Source of the DNA: an uncultured Nitrososphaeraceae archaeon
Lineage (GTDB): Archaea; Thermoproteota; Nitrososphaeria; Nitrososphaerales; Nitrososphaeraceae
NCBI GenBank assembly: GCA_963779615.1
Contig: CAVZZA010000003.1
Span: 736,001-800,000 of the forward strand
Direction: 5' to 3'
DNA: 64,000 nucleotides
Below the pieces are notes generated by a model, which was not told the origin of the DNA, did no database searches, and saw nothing but the letters and a program-made list of their open reading frames with translations. Below, piece after piece: positions 30,623 through 42,477 of the stretch. The translations under genes and the position numbers were made by a program. Within the stretch, counting starts at the first letter, position 1, and each line of letters starts with the position of its first letter.

Positions 30623-31474
30623 CTATTGAAAGATATTAAACAGCATGAAACCTAACAGAAAGCCAAAAGTTGTAGCTATGCCATTATAGAAATTTGCTTT
30701 CTTGTATGCCTCAGGTATTAGATCCTCCGTTAGAAAAGCCATCAGTACCCCAGCAGCAAAACCCAAAATAACTGATATTTGAGCATGGGTTAGAGGCTGA
30801 ACCAGATAATAGCCTAACGGAGCAGCAATAGAAACTATTATGAAAACATACATCCAATACTGAAAAATCTTTTTTCTTTTTTCCCTATTGTTTTCAGTCC
30901 CCATCCCTTCGTCATACATCCTCTTTGCCCCTTCAATTGTGGAGCACATGTTGCCTAAAAATAAAGTAATGGCAGCCCCCCACAGATTAGAAAGATTCAA
31001 TGCGATGATCACGCCTAAAAACAAAGACTCTGGAATGCTATCAAGAATGGTTCCGATTAGAATTGCAGATGATGAACTGGTGCTATCCGAGTCTTCAGTT
31101 GAACCATTCAAATCATTATTGGCATTTGCCTTGTTTTTTGCATATTCTTTATTGGCATAAATATTTTGTATCTTCTTTTTCAAATTAAACTTTTTCAAAA
31201 GTATACGATTAAAGAAACTAAACACAACCGCCCCAATAACAAAACCGATACCCATTGTTACAGCATTGCCTTCTTTGGTGGATTCGCTAACCAGAGAGAA
31301 AGAAATCACCGCAAGATATATGCCGCTACCGAAGGCTGCAATATTTGAGCGAAGCTCATCAGGGTATTTTACAGATAAAGCAAAAACCACCCCTAATGGA
31401 AACCCAATTGCTACAATCACCCCCATGCTATAGCTTAAAAGTGCACCAGCTGTAGAGAGATCGATTGAAACCAT
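30623..31474 (-). CDS. ZIP (ZupT-like) metal transporter
   Basis: AFGSG, LDSIPES, GFAAG..DLIPEAY; multiple TM segments. Confidence 0.88.
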   Translation of the reverse strand: MVSIDLSTAGALLSYSMGVIVAIGFPLGVVFALSVKYPDELRSNIAAFGSGIYLAVISFSLVSESTKEGNAVTMGIGFVIGAVVFSFFNRILLKKFNLKKKIQNIYANKEYAKNKANANNDLNGSTEDSDSTSSSSAILIGTILDSIPESLFLGVIIALNLSNLWGAAITLFLGNMCSTIEGAKRMYDEGMGTENNREKRKKIFQYWMYVFIIVSIAAPLGYYLVQPLTHAQISVILGFAAGVLMAFLTEDLIPEAYKKANFYNGIATTFGFLLGFMLFNIFQ

Positions 31475-32706
31475 ACATTTCCCTGTTTAAATCAATCTAA
31501 ACTAAAATCCTATTTTTATGTGTATATTTAAATGTGGATTTGGGATACAGTGTATGTACAAAGGCATTTCATTGATCCTTCACCAACAAAAACACAAACG
31601 GAGAGCCAACAGACGAAATTTACAATTATTTTAGAATGAACTTTACTGTTCTTATTTGGACGATAAATAAAGTCAGTCTATCGGATTATAAGATATTTTT
31701 TAGAGAAAAACAAATAACATGCCAAAAACCGACGAGGACAGGTCAGCAAATGCCTTAATTGGTATTTCCATCACCCCGGGTTTTTTGGTTGGCCAGGAAA
31801 TAATCGTAAAAATCAACATGAATGGCCATACAAAATGCCACATGTATTCCACATATAATCTTGAGTGGGTTAGTGCGTATTTGGTTGTGTCTTGATTTGA
31901 AAAGGTCTTTGCATGAGCTTCCACCATTAATTTACCGTACAACAGTAAGGCGAGAAGGAGATTGGTTTATCCAAGTTACCACTACCCAGTACATTTATTT
32001 TTTGACAGGCAGCTGAAGACCACCTATATCGATAATAAAAAAAGGGATAGCAGCGTTAGACATCTGTTTTTTTTTGAGGGGGCAGTTAAGCCACACAACA
32101 AAGCAATTGACGATAACATATCAGGACTTAATGCTATCTGGCATAAGTCCTCCATAGAAAATGGAACAGTACCAAGTTCAGGCATTGATACCTATGCTCG
32201 AGGGTTTGCAGTAATAAATGGACTTATATTCTAAAACATTTACATGATATTACAAAAAGTAACAATAATCCAATGATTACAAAAAATTTCATCCAAACAT
32301 TATGTGGATATAATACATAAATACCATATACAGAAAAATGAAATTATTTTCTTTTTATCGAGTTTAATGGAATAAGTAACATTAAACATTGGCAAGACCT
32401 AACCCTATTGGTTTTAGCGTGTAGCGTATTAATGACATATAAAAACGCATGGATAAATAACCTTGATTAACAAAGTTAAAAAATACAAAAACCACACAAA
32501 GAAAAACTAGTTCATTACTATACTCTATCCGTTTTATTCAAATGTCATAGAGGTAGAGTTAGTTTATTCATTTTCATATACATGCTAAAACATATTTCCA
32601 ATTGGTCATAGAGATGTTAAATTCTAACCCAAGAAGCAGATCCTCATCAAAACCACAAATATTATTGTTATACCTTAATAACCTATAATGAACATGTATA
32701 ATAAAT

Positions 32707-33432
32707 ATGGGCCTTATTGATCGTTTTTCAACAATTTTTAAATCAAAAGCAAACACTCTTGCAGACAAATTAGAAAACCCAAATGAAACACTAGATTATT
32801 CTTTTGAGAAACAAAATGAATTGATAGTCAACTTGCGTCGCCAAATTGTTCAGGTGGTGGCAGCTAAAAAACAATTGGAAATGCAAAAGGCAAAACTTAC
32901 ATCCAGCATTACCACTTTGGACCAACAAGCTAAAAGTGCGCTCAATTCCAATAGAGAAGACCTGGCAAGATTGGCTTTGGAAAGAAAGAACAGCATCATG
33001 TCACAAGTACAGAATCTGGATAAACAAATAGCAGATATACAAAGTGAGCAAATAAAACTAGAGAACACAGAAAGGCGTCTTTCAGCAAAAATCGATGAAT
33101 TCAAATCGAGAAAGGAGATCATAAAAGCACAGTATTCATCTGCCGAAGCTCAAGTAAGGATAAAGGAAAGTGTCACAGGCATTTCAGAGGAAATGAGTGA
33201 TGTTGGAATGGCATTAGGTAGAGCTGAAGAAAAGACAGAGAGGATGAAGGCCAAAGCACAGGCATTAGATGAAATGACAGAATCTGGAATGTTGACGGAT
33301 TTTACTTCTTCATCATCATCCTATTCTACCGGAGGTACGGATATTGATTCAGAGCTCAATAAAGTTTCCATGGATGCGACCGTTGATCAGGAATTGGCCA
33401 AGATGAAGGCTGATTTGAATAAAACTCAATGA
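32707..33432 (+). CDS. pspA: PspA/IM30 family protein
   Basis: KAN...DKLENP..LD, AL...REDLARLAL, long coiled coil, VDQELAKMK. Confidence 0.93.
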   Translation: MGLIDRFSTIFKSKANTLADKLENPNETLDYSFEKQNELIVNLRRQIVQVVAAKKQLEMQKAKLTSSITTLDQQAKSALNSNREDLARLALERKNSIMSQVQNLDKQIADIQSEQIKLENTERRLSAKIDEFKSRKEIIKAQYSSAEAQVRIKESVTGISEEMSDVGMALGRAEEKTERMKAKAQALDEMTESGMLTDFTSSSSSYSTGGTDIDSELNKVSMDATVDQELAKMKADLNKTQ

Positions 33433-33439
33433 TATTGAC

Positions 33440-33817
33440 ATGTCTGAAAAAAAAGAATATTCCACAGATATGATTAATGACTCTTCGGGTGATAAATACA
33501 ACATCATTGTAAGAGTCTCAGGTCAGGGTCAGTTCAAAGTCAACAGAGAAATTCTTGACAGGATCAATGATATTGACAACTCAATAGTAAGTCTCTTTGA
33601 AAATACTGATACGGATGTTGATGACAATAGCATTAAAGCAAATCAAAAAGAATTAAAAGAAAAGATAGGCGATATCATAAATCTCATTAAAACAAATGGC
33701 ATGCCATTATATGATAAAGAAATTACACAATCCCTCATTATGATTCCAAATCCCGATATTTCTATTGATGAGGCCAAAAAGATTTTTAGAGGAGAAGGCA
33801 TAATTGACGGTTTTTAA
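33440..33817 (+). CDS. PspA-associated protein PspAA-like
   Basis: IIVRVSGQGQF, IND.D, G..L...EI..S...IP.PD.S..E....F.GEGII; directly downstream of pspA. Confidence 0.8.
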   Translation: MSEKKEYSTDMINDSSGDKYNIIVRVSGQGQFKVNREILDRINDIDNSIVSLFENTDTDVDDNSIKANQKELKEKIGDIINLIKTNGMPLYDKEITQSLIMIPNPDISIDEAKKIFRGEGIIDGF

Positions 33818-33964
33818 TTGATATAAAAATCTGCTTGCCCAATTTTAAACTAAAACGGCATACCCCAAACGGGACACCATAAATTTACCTCTTTTTCAAA
33901 ATGTAGCTGGTCTTTGATTTGTTCCAAGATTTAACTTATCTGAAAGCAGATACAGCGAATAAAT

Positions 33965-34192
33965 ATGAATAAACACGATGTATCCAAAGACATTCAGGAA
34001 GGCCAATCTAGAATAGATGAAGAGCCAATTAATGAAACAAAAACAGTTGAGGCTACTGTAACTCATGAAGAGATAACTATCGAGAGAGTGTCTCAAAGTG
34101 GACAAACAGAATACAGAGCCATCGGAATCAAAAGAGGATGTAAAGATACCATCAAAGAAAGAGGAAGGGAACGGAATTTTCTACAACATTGA
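33965..34192 (+). pseudogene. YsnF/DUF2382 remnant
   Basis: EPINETKTVEATVTHEEITIER, then frameshifted ESKEDVKIPSKKEE. Confidence 0.7.
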
Positions 34193-34203
34193 TTTTATAT
34201 ATT

Positions 34204-35439
34204 TTATTGTAATTCCAATCTTGTTGCAGTAGTATTGAAATCAATATTATTTGCATCTTTTTGAACGTTTAAGACATTTTCATAAATATCCATATGTTGT
34301 TTGGCAATAATGTCCCATTTTAGTTTTTTCCGAAATTCACTTACACTGACTTTTAATCTCTCATAGTCTCTATCAACCATTTTCAGACCCTCTTCAAAAC
34401 TACGGGCATTCCTTTTGGCAACCACACCTAGATGGAATTTTGAGAATTCTTTAAAAAATCCATTATCAGAAGCTAAAAATGGCTTTCCATGTCCTAAACC
34501 ATCAAACATAGTTCCTGAACCTCCTATTGCCTTATACGGCAAAAAGACTACATCCGATGCAAAAAACAAGATTGACAAATCTTCTTCTGAAAGGTATTCC
34601 CGTCCAAGATTGATTATATTTTTTTTATTGTTGTTTAAATTCAGACCAATTATTTGTTTGTTGTAATGATTTTTAGAATAATTTAGTACAAGTGTCCAGC
34701 CATCGGGTATGTTCATTTTCTCTATAATGTTCCACCCTTTAGTTGCAGTTATGAATCCCTGAACCAATATTATTCTTCCATTTTCTGGCAAAGACAGCAG
34801 CTTTCTTGCCTTTTTTTGTTCAATCTCAACAGAGTGAAAAGGTTCAGAGCCGTGATAGATAACATGAGTGCCCGGAATCAAATTTGCCATATAATTTGAC
34901 AACACTATCCCTGCAGCGCTTTTGGAAAGTGCATAGGAATTTGTTCTTTTAAAAGACGAATAGTTAATCAAATGCTTCCAGTATTCATACAGGTATCGTA
35001 AGTGTAATGTATCTTGTCCATTTATAGTAATAGATTGCATCCACTGCTTAAATTTATAGGATGTATGAAACGTTGTTACTATGGGAACTTTGCAAATAGA
35101 ATAAAATTCATCTATTCCTGTTTTGGTTCTAGAGGGCAGCAATGGATCAATTTTAAAATTATACAAGCCGTGATCATATTGTATATGAACAATATCAGGC
35201 TTTAGTTTTTCTACCAATTCATAGATTATTTCTGAATTGTTTTCTGCAAAAGGCGACAATCCCTTGAAATCAGCTTCTTTCCCATCGGCATTAGAAAGAA
35301 CGTTGATTTTAATACCCTGATGTGACCGTAATGATTTCACTAGATTGTGAGTGTATCTGCCAATGCCCCCTTGCATGGGGGGGTATTCAGTGCAAACCAT
35401 AAGAACACTAAAATCGCTTTTTCTTTCCGCCATAACCAT
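34204..35439 (-). CDS. Glycosyltransferase family 4 (GT-B)
   Basis: EYPP..GGI, PDIVHIQ, VTTFH, SDVVFLPY..SG..G.P..AS. Confidence 0.9.
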   Translation of the reverse strand: MVMAERKSDFSVLMVCTEYPPMQGGIGRYTHNLVKSLRSHQGIKINVLSNADGKEADFKGLSPFAENNSEIIYELVEKLKPDIVHIQYDHGLYNFKIDPLLPSRTKTGIDEFYSICKVPIVTTFHTSYKFKQWMQSITINGQDTLHLRYLYEYWKHLINYSSFKRTNSYALSKSAAGIVLSNYMANLIPGTHVIYHGSEPFHSVEIEQKKARKLLSLPENGRIILVQGFITATKGWNIIEKMNIPDGWTLVLNYSKNHYNKQIIGLNLNNNKKNIINLGREYLSEEDLSILFFASDVVFLPYKAIGGSGTMFDGLGHGKPFLASDNGFFKEFSKFHLGVVAKRNARSFEEGLKMVDRDYERLKVSVSEFRKKLKWDIIAKQHMDIYENVLNVQKDANNIDFNTTATRLELQ

Positions 35440-35960
35440 TAATGGACAATAAAGTTTAAATAATAATACAATTTCATTTATGCTCTTATTTAAGAGACAG
35501 CAACTCCTTCATTATTTTGAAGAACTTTTCAGCATTTGGATACTCTTTTACGGCTAAAAGGCATTGTTATGGAGCTCATCATTCTAGCCTCGACTAAAAA
35601 AGCATTTAGATTAAAGACACGCTCTATCCACTGAGTTTTCAAAGAAATGAATTTTGGTCTGTATTCAGATTGATTGCATACTTTTTCATCCTATGGAGGA
35701 ACCAATTAACCTTCCCCATTTGGGCAACAAATGTTTTATTTTCATTTTATCCTACATTAAACTTTTGATATTCATCATTTGTTTTCGGATATACAAATAG
35801 TGATGCACTTTATATAATATATCCAAAGTAATAAAAATGATATTGCGAGAGTCAACACCTAATAAATCCTTTCGTTAGTACACATATTTTATTCATAATC
35901 GATTAAGAGTCTATCCCAAAATTCGATAGAATTATAGCTTATTATCCATTTCATTAAACT

Positions 35961-36329
35961 GTGGCGTCTGTCCATAATCCGCACAAGCATACAATCACAA
36001 AGATTCCAGATGAACTATGGGATAAAATTGTTTCAGTTTTGCCAAAGGAAAAACCTGATAATGCTGTTGGTCGTCCAATTGTACCATTTAGAAAAGTAAT
36101 GGATGGCATTCTATACATTCTAAGGACAGGATGCCAGTGGAAAATGCTGCCCAGAGAATATGGTTCCGGTTCCACCTGCCATAGGCGGTTTCAGGAATGG
36201 GTCAGGCTAGATGTTTTCAAAAAGATGTGGATCAGGCTGCTAAAAACATATGACAGCAAAAAGGGAATCAAGTGGACCTGGCAATCCATCGACAGCATAT
36301 CAATAAAGTCATACTTAGGGGGGCGATGA
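35961..36329 (+). CDS. IS5 transposase N-terminal ORF
   Basis: DELW, GRP, ILYILRTGCQWKMLP, ST.HRRFQEW, IDS. Confidence 0.9.
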   Translation: MASVHNPHKHTITKIPDELWDKIVSVLPKEKPDNAVGRPIVPFRKVMDGILYILRTGCQWKMLPREYGSGSTCHRRFQEWVRLDVFKKMWIRLLKTYDSKKGIKWTWQSIDSISIKSYLGGR

Positions 36330-36826
36330 CTGGAAGTAATCCCACTGACAGAAGCAAACTTGGCACAAAAAGGCACATTTTAACGGATAAAAACGGAATT
36401 CCACTTTCAGTTGTCATATCATCAGCCAGTACTCATGACATAAAATTGGTAACAGATGTAATGGATAATATGAGTATCAAGCGATCATCACCATCAACGA
36501 AATGCAATTCATCTAGAAAAAGAAAACTACAACACCTATGCCTTGACAAAGCGTACAACTCCAAGACAGTACAACAGGCTATAATCAAACGAGGCTATGT
36601 TCCCCACATACCTTTCAAGAGAAACAGGGGCCAAAAAATAGGGGCGGTATGCCAAAAGAAGTATCCTACCTCTAAAAACAAGCGATGGGTTGTGGAAAGG
36701 ACAAACTCATGGCACAACAGGTTCAGGAAACTGTTCACAAGGTATGAGAAGAAGGTTGGGAACTATCTTGGCTTGGTGCGACTGTCATGCAGTATCATTA
36801 TCTACAGAAAGATAATTTTGGGATAA
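36272..36826 (+). CDS. IS5 transposase C-terminal ORF (DDE)
   Basis: GTKRHIL.D..G.P, HD, LDKAY, RWVVERT.SW...FR.L..RYE; probably joined to ORF1 at GGGGGG near 36318. Confidence 0.9.
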   Translation: MDLAIHRQHINKVILRGAMTGSNPTDRSKLGTKRHILTDKNGIPLSVVISSASTHDIKLVTDVMDNMSIKRSSPSTKCNSSRKRKLQHLCLDKAYNSKTVQQAIIKRGYVPHIPFKRNRGQKIGAVCQKKYPTSKNKRWVVERTNSWHNRFRKLFTRYEKKVGNYLGLVRLSCSIIIYRKIILG

Positions 36827-36937
36827 GCTCTAAATTGTTAGAAGTATTACGATAGTGGGTTTTGGATCCAATTCCAGATTGGGTAGTTTAATATGACACA
36901 ACACTGTTATCTTATTTTCAATTAGAAATATGTAAAG

Positions 36938-37498
36938 TTATTTTCTCAATTGTCGTGTCCAATCTATGAGGTTCTGAAGCAATTGTCTCAAAAACTTTTT
37001 GGTATTCTCGTCAACTAACTTTCCACTCGAGTCAAATTTATCCTGTGCGAAGGTGACTATAACCTCAGGTGCGTTGATCGGGTGCATATTCAAAAAAACA
37101 AAAATCTGGCGAAGGTGATACTGAGCCCTAGCACCGCCCAACATACCAACAGAGGCACTCATTATCGCAACTGGCTTTTCATTAAATGGATTATCCCCAT
37201 ATGGTCTTGAGGCCCAATCAATTGCGTTTTTTAATACCCCTGGCACTGAATAGTTGTATTCGGGAGTTGCAATCAGAATAGCATCTGCGTCCCTTACTTT
37301 AGATTTAAATTCTTTTACCTTAGCGGGCATCATGTCTCTCTCAATATCCTGATTGAATGCAGGAATGTCGCCAATATCAAAAATCTCCAATTCTACATCC
37401 TCTGGCATGAGATCTGTTGTAGCACGCAAGAGAGATCTATTATAGGAACCGGCCCTCAAACTTCCGGCAAAACCAAGAATCTTTAACATGTCATCCAT
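36938..37498 (-). CDS. NADPH-dependent FMN reductase (ChrR/SsuE-like)
   Basis: GSLRAGSYN, TPEYNYS.PG.LKNAIDW, GG.RAQ.HLR. Confidence 0.95.
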   Translation of the reverse strand: MDDMLKILGFAGSLRAGSYNRSLLRATTDLMPEDVELEIFDIGDIPAFNQDIERDMMPAKVKEFKSKVRDADAILIATPEYNYSVPGVLKNAIDWASRPYGDNPFNEKPVAIMSASVGMLGGARAQYHLRQIFVFLNMHPINAPEVIVTFAQDKFDSSGKLVDENTKKFLRQLLQNLIDWTRQLRK

Positions 37499-37928
37499 AC
37501 ATTTAAAATTGACAGCTTATTCTTTAGGATTTTTTATAAACAAATATGATTAAATATATGGGCTTTCGGCTCTGCGATACCTAAAGCCTAGAAGAATCTA
37601 TGCCTAATTTCATTAAGAATTACCATAAGAATATTTTTTGATTGTATCTAGTTCATAAGACACATGCATTAATGCTTTTAAAAGAAATTGTTGGGCCTTG
37701 GCCTACCCTTGGGTTTTGCTATTCCATTTGTAGATGATGCAACCATACCAAATAAGGAAATGTAAAAAACCATTATTATATTTTATATCCACAAAATAAG
37801 TAAAAGTAGTAGTAGTAGTAGTGTCTTTTAGACGTAAATCAAAGAAAAACCTAGGTATTCTTTTGTGTCCATAGTTTATGATCAAAGGAATAAAACTTTT
37901 AATATGTATGTGTGAATTACCATCAATT

Positions 37929-39002
37929 TCAATTATTATCCTTTCTCCAATCTTCTACGATTACGTTAATAGCTCCATCGTCTTTAAGTAACCGACTAAA
38001 TGGATAACGTTCCCTGAATCCAATATATCCGCAATGGTTATCTCCCCAGCCATGTACTCCCTTATCACAAAAGGATTGGTATATTCCACTAGCCCTGTTT
38101 AACGGAGGTATTTCGAACTTGACGTCACGTTCAGTATAATTTTCGGGAAACGGTTCACCTTTTCTGAGACCGCATAAGCCTAATGGATTTTGATTTTCTG
38201 TATTTATGTATGCCCCCTTAAGTGCATTATCCTCTGGATTGTATAGATTGTAGAACCTATTTACGGTATTTTCTATAGCATTTCCAAAAGGAGCGTTTTT
38301 TGATGTCGATTTATCGTCAATGGCTGCGCCTATTAGATGTACGGAGGCAATGTTGTACACTGTATCCTTCTTCCATATTTGGTCACTATTATTGACCAAG
38401 ATTATCAAGGCGCTTTCAACTACTTTTGCCCCTAAAGAATGAGCAATGATTCTGATATTGACATGTGGATAGGTATTTTTAAAGTCGGATATGAATTTTG
38501 CAAGCTTTGACCCATTCTGATTTGCTATAGATTTAGCAACATTCCAGCCTGACAGATTTATTGCTGTGTTTGAATCCCAACTAAACCCTATTATTGGATG
38601 ATGATATCTATTTGCATTTAATGATAACTTAGTTCTATCTATTTGTTCTTTAGCAGAGGCCTGTTTAGTCCATACTCCATGGATATATATTACCAAATCT
38701 TTGTTAGGTGGATAAGAATTTCTGTTAAATTCAGGCACATGATAACAGTCGTAGGCGTGCATCTTAGGTAAAGAACTTGGTTTCCCTGTTAAAAGGCTAA
38801 AATGGCCCCTAGTCGATACCATTGGTGTTGTTGATGATGATGATGGTAACGCTATAGAAGGATTTGCATATATGGATTGCATACTCCTTTTGTTTTCGTT
38901 TATATTTTTCAATTTGGTATTCCACATATTCAAAAGGTTGGAGGTGAAAGGACTCTTATGACGCCCTGCCATGGGGTTGTTAAGGGTAACCCAAATAACC
39001 AT
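37929..39002 (-). CDS. Alpha/beta hydrolase (DUF900/DUF726-like)
   Basis: IYIHG, FSW, AHSLG nucleophile elbow, LIGAA, N..D..L, H..Y; start uncertain. Confidence 0.85.
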   Translation of the reverse strand: MVIWVTLNNPMAGRHKSPFTSNLLNMWNTKLKNINENKRSMQSIYANPSIALPSSSSTTPMVSTRGHFSLLTGKPSSLPKMHAYDCYHVPEFNRNSYPPNKDLVIYIHGVWTKQASAKEQIDRTKLSLNANRYHHPIIGFSWDSNTAINLSGWNVAKSIANQNGSKLAKFISDFKNTYPHVNIRIIAHSLGAKVVESALIILVNNSDQIWKKDTVYNIASVHLIGAAIDDKSTSKNAPFGNAIENTVNRFYNLYNPEDNALKGAYINTENQNPLGLCGLRKGEPFPENYTERDVKFEIPPLNRASGIYQSFCDKGVHGWGDNHCGYIGFRERYPFSRLLKDDGAINVIVEDWRKDNN

Positions 39003-39763
39003 TTGTTTTAGTTTGCAATAGTAATTTAAATATCTTTATATCGCAATACAACAAAATATATTTTATATCCATACTTTCCAAATGGGAACATTTTGGTTGA
39101 AGAGACAATGATAGTGTTTTTATCGAACTTAATTGGAACATATTGATTTTGCCATCTTTAAATACTTTAAATCCATTTCATATCATGCATTATTAAGATA
39201 ATGACAATCACCTGTTGAAATTGATGTTTTCAGTTACCATTTGACAAGTTTGACAGAAAAAACCCTATTTACCAAATTTATCCAATTGATTAATTAAAAA
39301 ATTTTATAGCCCTCCATTCTTATCGCCTTTTTATATAAATGAGATTATTTCTACTGAATATGCCTTTTTCAACAATAAAAAAAACTTTGATGTATTCCAT
39401 ACAATAAATAATGCAAAAAATTAAACCACAAAAAGCGTACAATATTTTTACAGGTGTTATATTTCCTTTTGGAATACTAGTAAAAGAAAAATGGGCCGTA
39501 TCAATTAGTTTTTATGTTTTCTTCATCCCTTTTCTGATCTCTATAATTATGTTATGCTTATTCAGACCGTTCTAAACTATATCATGGATATAAGTTATTA
39601 TGCACAAAATATATCATGTTCAAAACAATAGGCAAACTACCACTTAAAAGAGAAGTCGGCCATTGCAACTATTTCTACAACAAATTAATTAGGAATCGGT
39701 ATTTTTCACACGCATTCAACAAACATCTGACATTTTATCTAGTATTTGAGAATCGAGAGTAAA

Positions 39764-41230
39764 ATGGTTTATTTTAATGACAACAACACAGAAACACTGT
39801 CTTTTACCGCATTATTTTTCATAATGATTCTCTCCTGCTATTATCTTAATTTACTCTCTTTTAGATCACGTTTATTAATACCAATAATTAAATCGAACCA
39901 AAAGAGACTTCGCATCAGGAATTTAAAACCCAAGAAAAAAGATGGCAATTATCATTCAATTATCAACAATGGTTACCAGAGGGTTAGAATCAACAAGAAT
40001 AATAACAGTCTATTTTTATCAAATAATTGCTTTAATATTGATAAAGACAATAAAGAAAATAACGGATATTCTGCGCATAATTCACTAACTAATTTCCCAT
40101 TTGTTAGCGTAATAGTTCCAGCAAGAAACGAAGAAAAATATATTGAAAGATGTTTATTATCTTTGTTATCCCAAGACTATCCTAATTTTGAGACAATTGC
40201 AGTGGATGATAACTCTTCAGACAATACATTAAAAATAATGAAAGATATCAAAAATAAAACAAAGAAGAAAAAAAATACAGGTTTGTTGCCAGACAAATTA
40301 AAAATCATTTCATTAAAAAGCAAACCTAATGGTTGGACCGGAAAGACTTGGGCTTCCGAACAAGGTTATTTGCAAAGCAAAGGAACGATTTTACTTTTTA
40401 CCGATGCGGACACCAATTATATTTGTAGGGACGTAATACTGCAAACAGTTCTATTTATGCAGAAAGAAGGACTAGATGTACTAACTGGTGTATTTTCTCC
40501 AGAAGAACTGAGCAATTTTTGGGCAAAAATTACGATACCCTTATTGGATTTTGTTATTATTTTGTTTGGCATTGGTTCAGGTGATGTGAACAACCCTAAA
40601 TCAAAAATTGCTCATCTTATGGGCAGCTTCTATCTCGTAAGGAGAAAAGTTTTGGCTGATATTGGTGCGTTTGGAATCGTTCGTGATGAAATACAGGAGG
40701 ACAAAGCACTTGGAGTGATCATTAAAAAAAGAGGGTATAATTTGAGGCTGGTGATACTAAAGGAAATGATGTATACCCTCTGGGCCGACGACCTAGTAAC
40801 ACTTTGGGATGGGATAGGCAGAACTTTGGCTCCGCTTGTAATGAAAAACAGGTTCAAAGTCATCTCAAATTTGTCCATTATCTTTTTTGCGACCATATTG
40901 CCTTTTGTGCTTTTTCCTGTTACTGTATCGATTTTTGTCGAAAGGTTGTCTTTTTTTCCCATTTACCAGGTTCCTTTTAACATTTATCTTTATTTGTCGT
41001 TACTTAATTTAATACCATGTATCATGGTGTTTATTTCGTTTTCGTCAATATGTAGGGTATATAAGGTAAAACCATTTTATTCCCTGGGAAGCCTTTTTGC
41101 AGCAATCTTTGTGATAATCGCGTGTACTTATAACAATGCATCTCTAATGGTTCTTGGAAAAACAGGTCCAATAATATGGCAAGGCAGAGAATACATATAC
41201 AATAAAGAACAAAGCGGATTTACAATATAA
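39764..41230 (+). CDS. Glycosyltransferase family 2, membrane-bound
   Basis: VSVIVPARNEE, VDDNSSD, W.GK, LLFTDAD, ED; C-terminal TMs and WQGR. Confidence 0.92.
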   Translation: MVYFNDNNTETLSFTALFFIMILSCYYLNLLSFRSRLLIPIIKSNQKRLRIRNLKPKKKDGNYHSIINNGYQRVRINKNNNSLFLSNNCFNIDKDNKENNGYSAHNSLTNFPFVSVIVPARNEEKYIERCLLSLLSQDYPNFETIAVDDNSSDNTLKIMKDIKNKTKKKKNTGLLPDKLKIISLKSKPNGWTGKTWASEQGYLQSKGTILLFTDADTNYICRDVILQTVLFMQKEGLDVLTGVFSPEELSNFWAKITIPLLDFVIILFGIGSGDVNNPKSKIAHLMGSFYLVRRKVLADIGAFGIVRDEIQEDKALGVIIKKRGYNLRLVILKEMMYTLWADDLVTLWDGIGRTLAPLVMKNRFKVISNLSIIFFATILPFVLFPVTVSIFVERLSFFPIYQVPFNIYLYLSLLNLIPCIMVFISFSSICRVYKVKPFYSLGSLFAAIFVIIACTYNNASLMVLGKTGPIIWQGREYIYNKEQSGFTI

Positions 41231-41697
41231 CCTATTTTGTCATGTCGTATTGATTTTATAGATCCAGTGGAATGAATTTATAGCTACAACCTCATAGGTT
41301 AAATATTTAGTAAAACTTGTTTTCTTTGACTTAAAGTTGACTATTCCACTCTAAATTTTTTCTATTGGATCCATTTTAGCGATTTAACACTTTTTTTCCA
41401 AAACATAATACAATAAAGAAGTCTCAAATTCACATACTAAGTCTAAAAAAAGATAATACAGATAAAGCAATCCATTAAACAAATTGAATTTACGCAGTCA
41501 ACAGTAACATCAAAATTGCACAATCAAACCCTGCAGTTTAGATCAGAATAAGCCCAATAGTTACAGAAACGCGAGAATTTGCTAATTAATTATTTCATGA
41601 TGGCTGTCAATCCCTGTTTCTGTGGCCCCAAAAGGAAAATAAGACAAATTCCGGAAACAGAATTTTCCTCTGGTCAACAGAGTCCCATTCATTGTCA

Positions 41698-42111
41698 TTA
41701 CAAAAAGTGTCTATGTTCCACCATCATACACCTATTGAATACCACATCTATCCCGTTTTCTATTGCCTTTCTTTCTGCTTCTTCATTGTAAATCCCTGAC
41801 TGCATCCAAATTACCTTTAGCCCTTTTTTTGTTATTGCGTCATTTACTACAGCAGGCACATCCTCTGACCTTCTAAAGATATCAACAACATCAACATTCT
41901 CGGGTATTCCAGAGACAGTCGGATATGACTTCCTTCCGAGAATTTCATTTACCGTTGGGTTTACTGGAATCACGTTATATCCATGGTCAATGAGGTATTT
42001 TGGTACAAAATGAGCAGGCTTTTCTTCATTTTTTGACATTCCTACTACAGCAATATTCCTGAACTTTAATATTCTTTGTATATCTAATGGGGAATGTGTG
42101 TCCTTCCTCAT
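41698..42111 (-). CDS. CoA-binding protein (YccU-like)
   Basis: IAVVGMS, GY.VIPVNP, VDVVDIFR, WMQSG, NRC. Confidence 0.93.
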   Translation of the reverse strand: MRKDTHSPLDIQRILKFRNIAVVGMSKNEEKPAHFVPKYLIDHGYNVIPVNPTVNEILGRKSYPTVSGIPENVDVVDIFRRSEDVPAVVNDAITKKGLKVIWMQSGIYNEEAERKAIENGIDVVFNRCMMVEHRHFL

Positions 42112-42477
42112 TGAATATCATATCGATTTGATGTTTATTTAATTTTTGATTTTACATCATTACACTTAAGTGGTAATTGAATTCCTATAACAAATATCGA
42201 TACTGTTTTAGGCTTTTCCTAATAGAAAACTAACAAAAATCAAAAAGTCAATCCATCCTTAATTGAGTTATTTAAGGGGCAACAAAAGTTTCTTTGAGAA
42301 TTTTACAAATGAATATAGTAAAACACGCCATGAGCATAGAAACAATATACCGAATAAAAACTAAAAATTTCAAATCATTTAAAGGGCAATTACGATAGGT
42401 CCTAAATAGCGTTATCATCACTAGATATATTAAAACACACTGAATCATTTGATGGGCAATAAATGACTTTGTTTTAA

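Larger units (their letters stand above)
35907..36830 (+). mobile_element. IS5 family insertion sequence, two-ORF frameshifted transposase
   Basis: Imperfect TIRs gagtctatcccaaaatt / aattttgggataagctc; TAA on both flanks (3-bp TSD). Confidence 0.92.

Noticed and set aside
31700-32234. Short overlapping ORFs
   Set aside because: No recognisable motif; probably a decayed gene that I could not assign
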